A DNA stretch of 63,872 nt, filler included, from Octopus bimaculoides (Eukaryota): assembly GCF_001194135.2 (NCBI RefSeq). It is 5 parts of 5 records of this genome, joined end to end, with 100 filler letters (N's around TTAATTAATTAA, not from the genome) between each part and the next. Parts side by side here need not be neighbours in the genome. Positions count along the whole stretch, not along the records: positions 1 to 26,792 come from NC_068981.1; 4 more parts are not named here. One strand, written 5' to 3'. Under the pieces are notes generated by a model, which saw nothing but the letters and a program-made list of their open reading frames with translations, did no database searches and was not told the DNA's origin. Within the stretch, counting starts at the first letter, position 1, and the number at the start of each line of letters is the position of its first letter. The translations under genes were made by a program, and so were the position numbers. This document shows, in pieces, positions 13,125 to 26,792 of the stretch.

Positions 13125-13404
13125 GGTGCAGGAGTGGCTGTGTGGTAAGTAGCTTGCTTACCAACCACAAGGTCCCGGGTTCAGTCCCACTGCGTGGCAC
13201 TTTGGGCATGTGTCTTCTACTATAGTCTTCGGCCAATCAAAGCCTTGTTAGTGGACTTGGTAGACGGAAACTGGAAGAAGCCAGTCATATATGTATATAT
13301 ATATGTATATGTCTGTGTGTATATGTTTGTGTGTCTGGTTGTACCCCCACCCATATCGCTTGACAACCGACGCTGGTGTGTTTACGTCCCCGTAACTTAG
13401 CGGT
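13125..13404 (+). mobile_element. SINE family A, well preserved 5' two-thirds
   Basis: GGTGCAGGAGTGGCTGTGTGGTAAGTAGCTTGCTTACCAACCAC..CCCGGGTTCAGTCCCACTGCGTGGCACTTTGGGC. Confidence 0.9.
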
Positions 13405-14364
13405 AGAATTTGTGGAATGAGTGCTCGTTAATTTAATCCACTCCAGTACTTGGCCATTACTTTATATTTTATTGAGCTCTGAGAGATGAAATGTAAATTT
13501 GATGTATCCTGTAAAATAAAATAATTAATGTGTCATTAGAATATCAAGTGATAGACAGAAATTGTGACATAAGAAAAATTAAGAAAGATATGTAAAGAAT
13601 GTTAATCACAGATGAAAGAAATGTTTTCATCATTTTGAATGCGATGAAGAGAATGTTTAGGTAATAAGCAGATGAAAGGAAACTAACGTGAAAGATCGAA
13701 TATATCGATTCATCAGGAATGAGATATGAAGAAATAATACTTTATTGTAAGAAAGTGAAGCTGAACATTTTATGCACCGAATAAAATGATGGAAACTTAG
13801 ATTACTGTGTTATTACATTGGGTGGAGAAACTATAAAAGGTGAATGAAAAACATATGTGGATTACTAATAGAAGAAGTAGCTTATCAACTACATGTACCT
13901 CGTGAAATTAAGAAAGCAGTGTGCTTTGGCTATCCTTAAATTGAAATGTAAGTAAATCCATAAAATATAATTCACATTACATATATGTTTAAAAGATATA
14001 GATTATAGTATTCATAAAATATTCATGAAGTTTCCAACAACCTGTCTGAAAGCTATTAAAAGACGTGAGTTATGATTTTGAAAGAAAGCAGAAGAATGTG
14101 AGAAATGCATGTGAATAGTTAAAGCGTAGTTGGGTAAATATATAAGATAATAAAATATGAGATGCATTCCAGAAGGTTTGATACTTCTTTAGGAGAGATA
14201 GTTATAACTGTATTAGATTATTGTAATTTCAGTATATCATTACTACTTATCTAATAATCTGAAGGGTCAACTTTTCTTATTTCAGATTGAGGGAGTCGGC
14301 TGTATCAGTACTTTGAACACACCATACTAAATATTGCTTGTCACAGCTAACTAGTTTGCAGAAT

Positions 14365-14900
14365 TTAGTTGAGATATGGAGATAATTTGGAAACTTGCTA
14401 TGCAATAAAATTCTGTGTCAAACTAGGCAAAATGCTACAAAATTTTATAAAATGCTCCAGACAGCTTACGGCTTAACTTGTATGAACCAAGCACCTGTTA
14501 TTCGCTCGCAGAAGAGGCCAGGCAAAGCAATTCTAACCGGGAAGCTCATGATGATCCTCTTTGTCGGCAGCAAGGGCATCATCGACATCCACTGGGTTCC
14601 TTTTGACCAGACGGTCAACACGTGTACTTTATGGAGGTTTTAAGGGAGATCAAGAAGAAATTTCATTGCAAAAACCAGACCCCGCTGCACCAGTACAATG
14701 CACCACTCCATGATTCCGTCCTGGTAACCAAGTATCTGCGAGAGATATTGTCCTTCACCCTCACTACAGCGTAGAGATTATTCCCCGTGACATTGGGTTG
14801 TTTCCTAAAGCTAAAGGAATAGATTAAGGGGGCTGTGGCAAAGGTCCTGGATACTTTCATGGGAGGACTCTATGATGTGGTTGAAGCGTTGCAAGGAGTG
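14365..14900 (+). mobile_element. mariner transposase relic, frameshifted and internally deleted
   Basis: YAIKFCVKLGK..FYKMLQTAYG N-terminus; KLMMILF..KGII..HWVP..QTVN; HP.YS..P.D..LFPK C-terminal motif. Confidence 0.8.
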
Positions 14901-15292
14901 AAATGATGTCAGACAGTCTTGCTTTGAAAGCGATTAGAATTTTCTACTTCTTTGAAAATAATCAATGTCAGTTCTGAAAAAAGTATCAACTTACTGATGG
15001 TGCAGCCCTCTTTACGTACGACTGTCAGATACACGATGGTCCACTGGGCTGAGTAGGAAGGCCTCCCGAGTGTCTGTATCTACTCGCTACTTGTTAGGAA
15101 CCTAAAACAATTAGCATGACCATAGTACAAGCTAATTCACTAAATGCTCATATGTACTTACGAATGACGCCTAAGTTAATGTGTGTGTATGTATATATAC
15201 ATGTATACACTCACACGCACACACACACACACATACACACACATACACACACACACATATATATNNNNNNNNNNNNNNNNNNNNNNNNNNNN

Positions 15293-15326
<34 letters not shown>

Positions 15327-15394
15327 CTACATGCATGCTTACGTACATACATGCATACATACATGCAGGCATGCATAAATATACATGAATATGT

Positions 15395-16395
15395 TAGTAG
15401 AAATCTCCCAGATTATAGTAACATTGATCATCAAAGCAGTTTATCATGGACTAATAACCGGATTACTACCTCCTAACTTGAAGGGTATGCGTTTGCAATC
15501 AAGGAACAGGAAGCATCAACGAAATACCTTATGCACAAAAGGGATAGAGATGCAGGAAAAACAGCAAAATGCGACAACAGATGCCGACATTGTGGAGTTA
15601 ACACCGAAGATATCACCTACATCATATGCAGTTGTCCTAAAATGTCACCACGGTATCATCTACGGATGAGACCTCTTTTTGTAGCTAGGACACTGTATAA
15701 TGAAATCCGTCGGAAGTATAGCCCCGAAGACAAAGAAGTAGAAGTCATACCCACTCACAATAAAAAGGAGTACTGGTGAAATGTGCCAATGAAAAGCTCA
15801 AATGTAAACACAACAGACTTGATATAATGATTTGGGAGAGAGAAGAGAAACAGTGTATAGTGTGGAAATTAGGTGTCCAGCACATGTTGGTATAAAGCTG
15901 AAGATCAGTGAAAAAGAGAATACCTACGCTGAACTATTGAGAAATCTGAAGTTACACTACCCAGATTACAAGTTCAGGTTTATACCTGCAATTATTGGGG
16001 CCCTAGAATATGTAACATACTGCCTAAATGTCAGTCTTGGTAAATTAGGCTTCTCATAACCAGAAAGAAAAAAAAAACTGATTCGAAGACTACAGATCCA
16101 AGCAATCGCTGGAATTGTAAAAATCTGTAAAACATTCCAGAAATTTATCATTTAAGTATATGAGAGCATGTCTAGGTATGTAAGTATATGCATGAGAATA
16201 CATACATAAAACATACATATAAGTCTGCACATATACATACATACATACATACATACATACATACATACATACACACATACGCACAAAAATATTCTGTTGT
16301 TGATTTTGAAATTCTAGTGAAGGAAATTTGGATTTAAGTTAGAAACCGGCTCTTTCTCCATTGTCAAGAAATCTTGAAATAAAACTGAATTATGA
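15395..16395 (+). mobile_element. R4/Dong-like non-LTR retrotransposon (RLE type), 5'-truncated, with 3' UTR
   Basis: CRHC..EDIT(Y)IICSC zinc knuckle, HNR.DI nuclease start, EI.CP, EKENTY, PAIIGAL; ORF remnant ends near 16155; the 3' UTR holds a (TACA)n tract. Confidence 0.85.
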
Positions 16396-16413
16396 CATAC
16401 GCGCACACATAGT

Positions 16414-16530
16414 TCGATGAAAGCTGTCTGGCTGAAACGTCAAAGTCAGTGTCTCCTCGCTTCTTGTAAAAGTAAAATGAATATGTTCTGTACAAAATGT
16501 CTTGAGTAATTCTTCGGTTTAATATGAAAT
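16414..16530. repeat. Repeat fragment, probably Penelope-like terminal sequence; an inverted homologue lies at about 18330-18460
   Basis: rc ATTACTCAAGACATTTTGTACAGAACATATT aligns with ATTACTCAAAACATTTTTGTTGAAAGAATATT near 18368; carries a GATGA..GAAACG motif. Confidence 0.5.
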
Positions 16531-16617
16531 TGATTCTAGTATAATTTGACAAATGTAAAAACATGAACATAGAGGTGTATAGTCTTGTAGTTCTCCCTTG
16601 GCTCCTCTTTGCCATAG

Positions 16618-16656
16618 AATGCATGGCCCTTTACCGCAAGCACATCAAGACCCGAT
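16618..16656 (+). CDS. Candidate 39-bp exon in a GC-elevated patch
   Basis: ttctcccttggctcctctttgccatag acceptor and GAT|gtgagt donor; all three frames open; it overlaps a minus-strand candidate. Confidence 0.3.
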
Positions 16657-18799
16657 GTGAGTCCAGCTTCGTCATCTTAATTAGAATGATAGACAGTTCA
16701 GGAAAAAAAACTTCAGAAACTAAGATATAAAAATCCACAAGCAATCATAACAAATATGTATTCACCTCGTCAGCTGTGAAACGGAAATCACTGTGGTTTC
16801 GACACCTGTGAAGTACCATTGAATCTGACATTGTAAACAGCATTAGCAATATAAACGCTAACTGTGCATCAATAGTAATCAGGAGCGAAACATTTTTAAT
16901 AGTGTGTCCTTTACTTCAACACCTGCATGTTATTACAAGTAACACAATTAAAGTAAACAGTATAAACTTATAGTTACAAAACATTACCTATACAACAATG
17001 CACTTTCTCTGAAAAATCACGTTCTGATCTTAAAAATTAGAATTCAAAGAAACAAACAAAAAGCTATTCTAACTCCGATATTCGATATGGTAACATCAAC
17101 CCAAGGAACAGCTAACCAAGAACTTAAAACATGTAGGCTACACAACGAACATAGACTATTAGGTACGTTGTTTGTCAATCTATATCACATTCTCTGTACG
17201 TGCTTATATTCGTTGTACGGGTATAAAAGTGCACATTTTATTTCACAGTAAAGGAAAGTTGTGACAAAAATGTATCAGTATGTGTCTGTTACGAACATTA
17301 TTTGAAGATGCAGAAACAGGCAACCCTCTACGTTATATAAAACTGAAACAATTTAATAATTGCACTATAATTTTATATTTATATGTGGAATTCTATCCAG
17401 TCTATCAATACTAAATATATTGACGTTAAAATTTCATGTCAGTGAACGAATTTCTCTCTCTCTATATACTGTGTATTGTTTTTCATCCGCTTCTTTCGAT
17501 ATACATATGCACGCTAAGATCAAATTCGACATCGGTAGGTTTCATCATTGTTATATACATTTCAAAAACAGAGTTGGTCGGGAAGGAAACGAAGCAGATG
17601 AGGAAAAAAGATAAATAATGTAAAATATTATATAAATATTCTACGCAAATAGGAATACCTGAGAGGAACTGTATTTCACGACCGCAGGCAATTTTTCTTT
17701 GTATAACGTAGATATTTCAATCCATAGTTTATTTCAGCCAAGTGTTAAGGAATTAAATAAACTGTAAATTCTGCCGTGAATCAGCGTGAATTCTGGTATT
17801 TATTCATTGAATTGTTATAAAATTATTGCGCCAAAAGCTCCAGAAGAAATCCTTAGATATAGATATAGATATCTATGTCTGTGGATGATATTACTTTCAT
17901 TCATACATTATATGAAGAAACATCGATTAAAAGAAGTTGTAAAAGATACAGTAAGTGGTATTATAATCACGAAACAAAACCTAAACCGAGTTCAGTTGGG
18001 GAAATGTCTTGTTACGTTATATGCCATCACTCTATAGAACCTCCATACATGAGGAAGAAAAACAAATTCATTTGGGTCCCTCTGCCTCACTCATGCACAC
18101 ACACTTTCTCTCTGTGGATTTTCTCTGTTTTCTTTCTTTCCCTTAATACTTACATACACACATACATATGTGTGTAAGTATGTATATATGCATGTATGTA
18201 TGTATGTATGTATGTATGTATGTATGCATGTATGTATGTGTGTATGTATGTATGTGTGTATGCATGTTTGTATGTGTGTGTGTGTGTGTGTATGTATGTA
18301 TGCATGTATTATCTTATTATTTGTTTTATGTCACATTACAATGAAATAAAGTTTATCTTAAATAGGATTACTCAAAACATTTTTGTTGAAAGAATATTTA
18401 TAATACTTTTATAAGACAAATGGTGACAGTTTCGTCCTTCTAACCTACATCGGACTGTGTATACATACATACTGTTGTGTCGATGCCCCAAAGCAAAGAA
18501 GTAAGTTCGCCCAAGACATATAACTAAAGAAGGTAATCTGGCCGCAGTAGGGGTTGAGTGACTGTTGAGTAGCTGACGAGGAGCAGTCGAGTAGAGATCA
18601 TCCGAAGGAGCTAGATACCAGTAGCTTGAGACATAACACATACATACATACATACATACATACATGCACACACGCACACACGCATATATGTATGAATACC
18701 CATACACATGCATATGTATATGTATATATATTTGTATGTGTGTTTATGTGTCTGTTTTGCATGTGTGCATGCATACGAGTAGATGAAGAAGTGAATGCA

Positions 18800-19900
18800 T
18801 AGAAGTTGTTTGGAAAGAAAGTCTCCTGTCGTATTTCAAACTGAGAAAGAAACAAACAATTCTTTGTTCTTAATAGATATATCTAATCAAGATAATATCT
18901 CCTATTGTTATTGATTACTTAATCGCATCTATCTGGCTAATTTTTGGTCCCTCGGGCGTAAAATCTTTCACGTTTAGAAGCTAAGAAACACTCAATATTG
19001 TTTTCAACCTCTCCAGAATTAATAAACTGTTTTCTTTAAATATAATATTGAAATGATCTGAAAAGATAATAGTCAGATGGGACAAGATCAGGAAAGTAGA
19101 GAAAATGAGGCAAGCATTCCTTATTTAGCACATAATCTTTTCCTAAGTGACTTGGGGCAATATGTCGTTGCATTATCGTGTGAATGCAATATCTCTTTAT
19201 GACTGACAAATGTTGGGCGTGTTCACTACAAATGGTTTAATGGTTTTGCAATGAAGTAACAGTTACGTTGAACGCTTGGTGTAATGAGAGACAATTCCCC
19301 TTTATATCCCATGAAACACAGATCATGGCTTTTTTCGGATGTAGTCCTGGTTTAGGGATAGATTCTCCTTTTTCATTGGGTGCTAACTATAACCGTTTCC
19401 CTTGGATATTATAATAGAGAAGCTATATTTCATTACATGTAATTATTCTATCCAAGAGAGATTCGGCAGCATATCCACTCTTCCATGACAAGCAGAGAGC
19501 AACGTTTTGTTTAAACTGAGGCGTAGTTAAATGACCAGGGACCAACTGATCGAGTTTAAACACTTTTCCTGGTTTATGAAGGTGATTTATGATCGATTTT
19601 TGACTCGAATTGAAATGTTTTGATAATGATCTGGATTTTCCTCAGCTAGGATTTCAGAAGCTGAATATTGAAATGAAATGAGTCGTCCAAATCGAGGAGA
19701 AACTGTGAGAGAAAAAATTTCCCCTCATTGGCATCTGCGGACTTAAGCTTAATTGCCATAAAAAAAAAACCGAATATTTCTTACTGCTTTCTTTGCTGAA
19801 GAGACCCTTTTGAATTCATACAGTATGCGGTGTCTGATATGGGTTTGATCTGAACTCATTTTAAAAGAATAAAATCGATACGAATTTAATCATTATGGTT
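18800..19900 (-). mobile_element. mariner (Mos1-like) transposon relic
   Basis: Minus strand HDNA, PH..Y.PDLVPSDYYLFRS and FYARG motifs, with many stops and frameshifts; terminal-like sequence near 18800-18860. Confidence 0.75.
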
Positions 19901-20164
19901 TAAATCAATCGGCAAAGGAAAAGACATTAGAATGTAAAAAGTAATGCTTATATTCGAAAAGCGCCCTCAAAGGGATCATGTCAAAAATGCAACAGGATTT
20001 CTTTCCAACCTAATAAGTATACAACAATAAATTGACTCAGCTCTACTCATTGCCAAAGGGCAGACAAATTTAAATCCCTAAATGTGCAGATTCGGATGCG
20101 TACATCTGAGTATATAGACCGGTTTCTGAGAAATGAGACATTGCTTCCAAAATGACTCAATTGA

Positions 20165-20370
20165 AGGCTGAGAAAAGCAAACCGTCAAGGTATCAGTCGC
20201 TCTCTGGCAGGGTTATGGTCGAGGCTGTGGCAGTGCCGGACCGTATCCTTGCTTACCTCTATAAAGATGGAGATGTTTGTCCGCAAGTGCGAGCCCTGTG
20301 AGACAAAGTGGATGTTCTGATGAATCTCCTTCGCCATCCTCCGGGGCCTTTTGGTCTGCTGGAACCATGA
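20165..20370 (-). mobile_element. GC-rich patch, possibly a Gypsy integrase zinc-binding remnant; alternatively a 102-bp exon
   Basis: Frame RMAKEIHQNIH...KDTVRHCHSLDHNPARERLIP resembles the H..H...VR.C..C..REPLIP pattern; the high GC extends past the apparent splice donor. Confidence 0.35.
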
Positions 20371-21324
20371 GGCAGTGTGAATTAGAAGAAATTGTACGTT
20401 TACTCCTTACTATAAAGTTATTTCATATAATGTATTTACATTATGTTATATATTATATGCAACATAAGTTAAGCTAGAAATAAGGTTAATAAAGAAATTA
20501 ATTAGTGCTTACTTAGGACATATCGGAACCTATTGTGTTTTTAAATCAATACGATTTCAATCCACTTATCTCCTCGTTTTATCTTGATTTCTGTCTTCCG
20601 TCTGCCTGTAATTTTTCGTTTTTCTTTATATAATTTGAAATATGTTCATCAGTGTCATCTTGCCTTCTTTCAGCATTTGTATTGTAATTTCCGGTTAATA
20701 AATAAATTTACAATTTGATAAATTAATTTAAGGAAATATACCGCTTTTCTTTGAGAGTCACTAAATATTACACTTAGATTTCTCTTCTTTCTCCAACAAA
20801 GTGACAAACTTGAAATCATTGAAGATATTTTGTGTGTGACTTCTGCTACCTAAATTATTTTTTTTTTACTTTTAATTCATATAGATCTCTGATTAATAAC
20901 ATTAACTTCAATAGTCATGCGATATCTTCATGCGTAAAATTATTTCTCTGGTTTCAACATACCAACTACATACTGATATAGATAACGGCTATGAGATGCT
21001 GCAGATTGTAAAGATGAACGCTGGAACACATTACGATCTGTACAAGTCTTTCACAAACAATCTAATTCTATTACAAATATCATTGTAATATAAATTGAAC
21101 ACACGAACAAGATAGAACTAGTTCTAATATAACAGACAATATCGCAGTTATTTCATTCATTATATTTTCTTGTACACTCAACAAACATGGAATATGCCTC
21201 AAACGCAACTTCCGGGGATTTTTAGCTCTTACTTCAGAAATCTATTTACAAGTACTTTTTCTCTCAGAATATATTCCATAGTTATTTTCATTGTCGCTTT
21301 TCATAGAATCTTATAGATGTATCC

Positions 21325-21393
<69 letters not shown>

Positions 21394-22118
21394 NNNNNNN
21401 NNNNNNNNNNNNNNNNNNNNNNNNNNNNNNNNNNNNNNNNNNNNNNNNNNNNNNNNNNNNNNNNNNNNNNNNNNNNNNNNNNNNNNNNNNNNNNNNNNNN
21501 NNNNNNNNNNNNNNNNNNNNNNNNNNNNNNNNNNNNNNNNNNNNNNNNNNNNNNNNNNNNNNNNNNNNNNNNNNNNNNNNNNNNNNNNNNNNNNNNNNNN
21601 NNNNNNNNNNNNNNNNNNNNNNNNNNNNNNNNNNNNNNNNNNNNNNNNNNNNNNNNNNNNNNNNNNNNNNNNNNNNNNNNNNNNNNNNNNNNNNNNNNNN
21701 NNNNNNNNNNNNNNNNNNNNNNNNNNNNNNNNNNNNNNNNNNNNNNNNNNNNNNNNNNNNNNNNNNNNNNNNNNNNNNNNNNNNNNNNNNNNNNNNNNNN
21801 NNNNNNNNNNNNNNNNNNNNNNNNNNNNNNNNNNNNNNNNNNNNNNNNNNNNNNNNNNNNNNNNNNNNNNNNNNNNNNNNNNNNNNNNNNNNNNNNNNNN
21901 NNNNNNNNNNNNNNNNNNNNNNNNNNNNNNNNNNNNNNNNNNNNNNNNNNNNNNNNNNNNNNNNNNNNNNNNNNNNNNNNNNNNNNNNNNNNNNNNNNNN
22001 NNNNNNNNNNNNNNNNNNNNNNNNNNNNNNNNNNNNNNNNNNNNNNNNNNNNNNNNNNNNNNNNNNNNNNNNNNNNNNNNNNNNNNNNNNNNNNNNNNNN
22101 NNNNNNNNNNNNNNNNNN

Positions 22119-22157
<39 letters not shown>

Positions 22158-22724
22158 ATGAGAGGGAGAAAAACATACAATTACTGTCTCTAACACACAT
22201 ACATGTACGTGTGTGTGTGTGTGTTTGTGCTCCTATGTATATCTGTTTATGTTTGTGAGAGATTGTATAAGTGCTTTGTCAAATTTATTTTTACGTTTGT
22301 AAATATTTGTTTCCGTTTTTCATCGTTTTCATTTAGACTAAAGAATTTTGTTGTCGCTGTTGCTATTTGCCGCTTCTTATATATGTATCTAATACAACCG
22401 GATATAGCGCCGAGAGACAAAACTACCATACGACTATGATAGTTTCGTAGAAAGCCGGTTAAGACATAAGAGCTGCTAGGACTAACATAAAAGGAATGAT
22501 GAACAAAAAAAAAAAAAAAGAATATATATATATATTGAGATACAAATCTTCTTATCGAGAGAAACTTTATGCTGGCAAAATCCTAACATGAATATTTCTG
22601 GCGGGAAATGATCGGGAATATTTTCTTTTTAGCTGTTTTCAGATGTTTCCTTTTATTTGCCTGCTTCTGTTCGAAGAAGCATTGATATATCTCCACATAC
22701 ATGTATGTATATATACATGTATGT

Positions 22725-22756
<32 letters not shown>

Positions 22757-23234
22757 GTATGTATGTATACATTTTGAGAAGTATGCTTATCAATAAATGC
22801 ATATAAAAATGTATAAATACATATATGTGTGTGTACGTGTGTGATGATGTACACACACACGCACACACACACACACACACAAACATATATAAACGTATAT
22901 GTATGTGTGTGTGGACATATGGATTTCTTGTTTCTATCTGTGAGGATGTTTGCCTTTGTACCTTCTCTTATATATGTCGCAGTTATTTTTCTTTACTTTT
23001 ATTTACAACTATCTATTTACATTTTGTCGTTATTGATTTTGTGACTTGTATATATGCATAACTGTACATGTACAAGGAGATTCCTTTCAAGAAGGGTTTC
23101 TGTGTTTAAACAGATAGGTATATATTGATATATATATTCCATTTGACAATTAGATAAATATATATAGTTATATTAAAATGCGTCCGTCTGTTCTGTGTCT
23201 TTCAAAGTTGAGTAGCAGAGGGTACATGAAGAGT

Positions 23235-23270
<36 letters not shown>

Positions 23271-23291
23271 ATATGTATATATATATATATA

Positions 23292-23506
23292 GTCGCATGG
23301 CCTGGTGGTCAAGGTGTTGCACTCACGGTCGCTAGATCGTGGGTTCGATTTCCAGACCGGGCGGCACAGTGCTCCAGCTATGTTGGCCCGCTCGACTAGC
23401 CAGAGGGTGGCGTCGTTCGAAAGCTAAAACGATGAAAAGCGGCCTGTGACCAGTAATTTGTAACAACCTTTGATAGTCTGGTCTGTTACATGGTCGCGTG
23501 GTTTTA
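23292..23506 (+). mobile_element. tRNA-headed SINE with internal deletion
   Basis: GCATGGCCTGGTGGTCAAGGTGTTGCACTCACGGTCGCTAGATCGTGGGTTCGATTTCCAGACC has A-box and B-box-like motifs, followed by a non-tRNA body. Confidence 0.7.
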
Positions 23507-23959
23507 TATATATATACACGCACACGTTAGTGTATATGTGTGTAGTCTTTTGGTGTAGTGCGTCAGGAGTAGCACTTTTATAAACCTGTTAGTCGCATAT
23601 CTTCAGCTCATATGGTCCCTTGAATTCGAATGTATACACTGGTCGTCATAGCACGATACCTGACTTCGAATAGTGAAGTAGACTAAGTATAATTATCCCC
23701 AGTTTGGGATGATTGCTGTACAGAAAGATGTCATACTTAAAGTTTGGATGAACTCAGTATGATCAAAGCATCAGACGGCAATACAGCAAGACGTGTTGCG
23801 ATTCTAGGGCATTCTCTTCACTGAATATAAACATGTGGCCAATATCAGGGGAAACGATTAGTCCCCCACCATGTACATAATTGCACCCGTAGTAAATTGT
23901 AGATCCTAGATGGAAAATCTTATTATTTAACCTAACGGAGCGGAGTGAGCGATACGATC

Positions 23960-24810
23960 GCAGAGTACCGAAAGCTTAAGTCCCACTGGGCCGGACGTGT
24001 CACAGACAACAGGTGAATCCACGCAGTTGCCAAGTGGTGTCCAAGAGATCCTATAATTTGGTAATCGAGTCATTTTGAAATTTTCAACACATTGGGTGAT
24101 GCCATCGGGCACATTGTGATCAACTGATGATGGATTATCAAATAAATCAGTGAAAAGTTCTTGCCAGCATTTAATGATTTTCTCTGACTCCTTGCTGACG
24201 GCAGTATTGTCTTTGGACCTGATGGGAACAACAGGCGAAGTTGTTGGACCATATAGTACACGCAAAAGGCTATAAAACAGTTTTTAATCCTTTGCGTTAA
24301 AAGCACTTTCAATATCTTCAGAGATCTTCGACCACCACTAATTTTTAAACCTTCTCAGCTTACGTTGTAAGGTTTCTTTTAAATAACAGTTAAATTCGTA
24401 GGGCACTCTCCCAGAAGCTTTTGATGAAGAGCATGTCTTTTCCTTAAAAGTTGGCTGTTAACCAGATTATTATCATGAAACCAATCTTAATCCCCTGAAT
24501 CCAAGTTCTTCGGCTCCTGCTGTGTACAATTAATTTTTTAATTTAAATAAGTTTTAAATTCAAATTATATATATAGATACATATATATAAGAATATATAA
24601 AAAACGATATATACATATTTACACATATTTGTTGGATGGCCATTGACTATTCATGGCTTGCTCCGCCTTTGGACGGGTCTTATTTTTCGTTCCGAAGGGG
24701 TCCAACAATGATCCTCCTCACCAAGCCATCCTGGTGGGGATTGCCAGTTTAGTCGCCGAAGACCCGACCATGCTGTAATGGATTACATGTTACCAGTAGC
24801 ACACAAGAGC
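23960..24810 (-). mobile_element. RTE (BovB-like) LINE relic: 5' region (24630-24810) plus EN-RT linker (23960-24520)
   Basis: FYSLLRVLYGP..PIRSKD..KIIKCWQELFTDLFDNPS.VD matches the RTE FY..L..VYGP...LRS.DG...I..RW.EHF..L motif; the 5' assignment is from memory of this family. Confidence 0.75.
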
Positions 24811-24876
24811 GACCTAACATACATACGTTCAAACATACATACATACGTACATGCATACACTCGCACATACATACGT

Positions 24877-24945
<69 letters not shown>

Positions 24946-26691
24946 TGTATACATATAGTTCTTTCAATCCAGTATGTTGTTTACAAGGTGAGAAAATTGG
25001 AAGTTGTGGACTCAGAATTCTGATTTGTTCTAAGCAAGAGCGCATTCCTTGCTTTTACGCGCTGAACCTTACGCAGTGAACGCACCAGGTTATATTGTTA
25101 TCGCACAACTTAAGGATTTGGTGTTTGCCTGTCTTACATTTCACCCTATGCTGTTTATTTTGCCCAAACAAGTAATTCGCACCAGGATGTAGCAAATATT
25201 TAGCTCATATCAACCATGACAGATCAGAATTATAACCAAACACTCTTCAGCTGTAACAATCACGTTTTTTCTACCTGACTAGTTTATCACAGAATACATC
25301 TTCACAGGCGTTCACTGTTTTTAAGAATGTAGTTTATGTGCTAAAGGAGATTTTTTTTCTGATTCTTCTGATGTGAAAAACGACGAAACGTACGCTCTCT
25401 TGTTAGCGTACATTTAGTTGTCATCGCTACATGATAATCTACATCGTTGGCAAACGCATCAAACTATCTACAAATACTGTCCAATATCATTTTCTAAACG
25501 GATTAATGAAATCTTAATCAGAGAAATAATGAATATATTTGTTTATAATTATATATGCCGAGAAGCGATTCAGTATATGGTCATTCAGCCTGTTAGAAAT
25601 AACAGCAAAATTCCCTCAAATCATGTCTTTGCTGTCATAAAAATAATGTACAGAGATAATGTATTCCTAGATATTCTAAAAGGATGGGATAATTGGTTAT
25701 TATTTCATCCTGCATTTATTGAATTAGGGCTAATCTGGGGGTTCAATCAACAACATTGAAGACGCCAACAACAACTGTATTCACAGGCGTATGTAGTAGC
25801 AGCAGCAACAAAGTAAAAAGTGACGGGTTTCTTTAAATGAAAATTTTGAGTTCGGTTCTTCCAGTTTGCTTAGTGTCTGTGACCGATGAGAAGACAACTA
25901 CTCCGAAATGTTAACATCTCACAGTCTAGGTAGATGGCGCTGCGAACTAATCTAGGTGTATAAACACCGTTTGTCAACAAGCGAGATATATTCCCCGTGA
26001 CAAAACGCAGTGTGTAGCTTGTTCTCCAGTTCGAACGTGCATCAAGCTTATTCGGACTGATACTAACATTGCAGTTCCAGTCATCATGGTCTTTTTAGAA
26101 GCACTGAAATCACACTACACTTTTCAATTCTAGTACTCAGTCATCGTTTAAAGAGCAAAATTTCTGTGTGTCATCGTCCAATATAAGGATTTCAGATCTA
26201 CCAACTAACTCGCTAGAGAAAAGTGAGACCACAACATATCAAGGTCCGCATGAGTAAACATTTAAGATGTCTATAAAACCAAGATCGGGATTCATACGTT
26301 AAACTTCTAAAATGCCTTTTTCTCTTTATTGATAAAGATTTCGTTGACTTTGTTTTCAGAATAACATAGGATAAAATTTTGAGATAAAGACTAATGGCCT
26401 TGCCTTCTTTACAAAAAATTGAATTGTCTTACTTGTGATACGAAAGACAAAACGCAATAATCACTGTATGAATTAGTTCAGACTGCAAATAATACTGTCT
26501 TGAAACAAAATTATAAAAGAAAATTAAAATGAAAAAAAGAAAACCAGAAAAAAAATTATGATAAGATATTACTTCATTGTTATAAGACAAACAAAAATGC
26601 CTAAAATTCCATTATGTATACGTTTCTATCTAACTATGTAAGCGAGTGTGCTTGTGTGTGTTATCTACGTACATTTGTTGATATTTTATAT

Positions 26692-26792
<101 letters not shown>

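Noticed and set aside
18777-18840. 64-bp minus-strand exon with good splice signals
   Set aside because: It coincides with the terminal region of the adjacent mariner relic.
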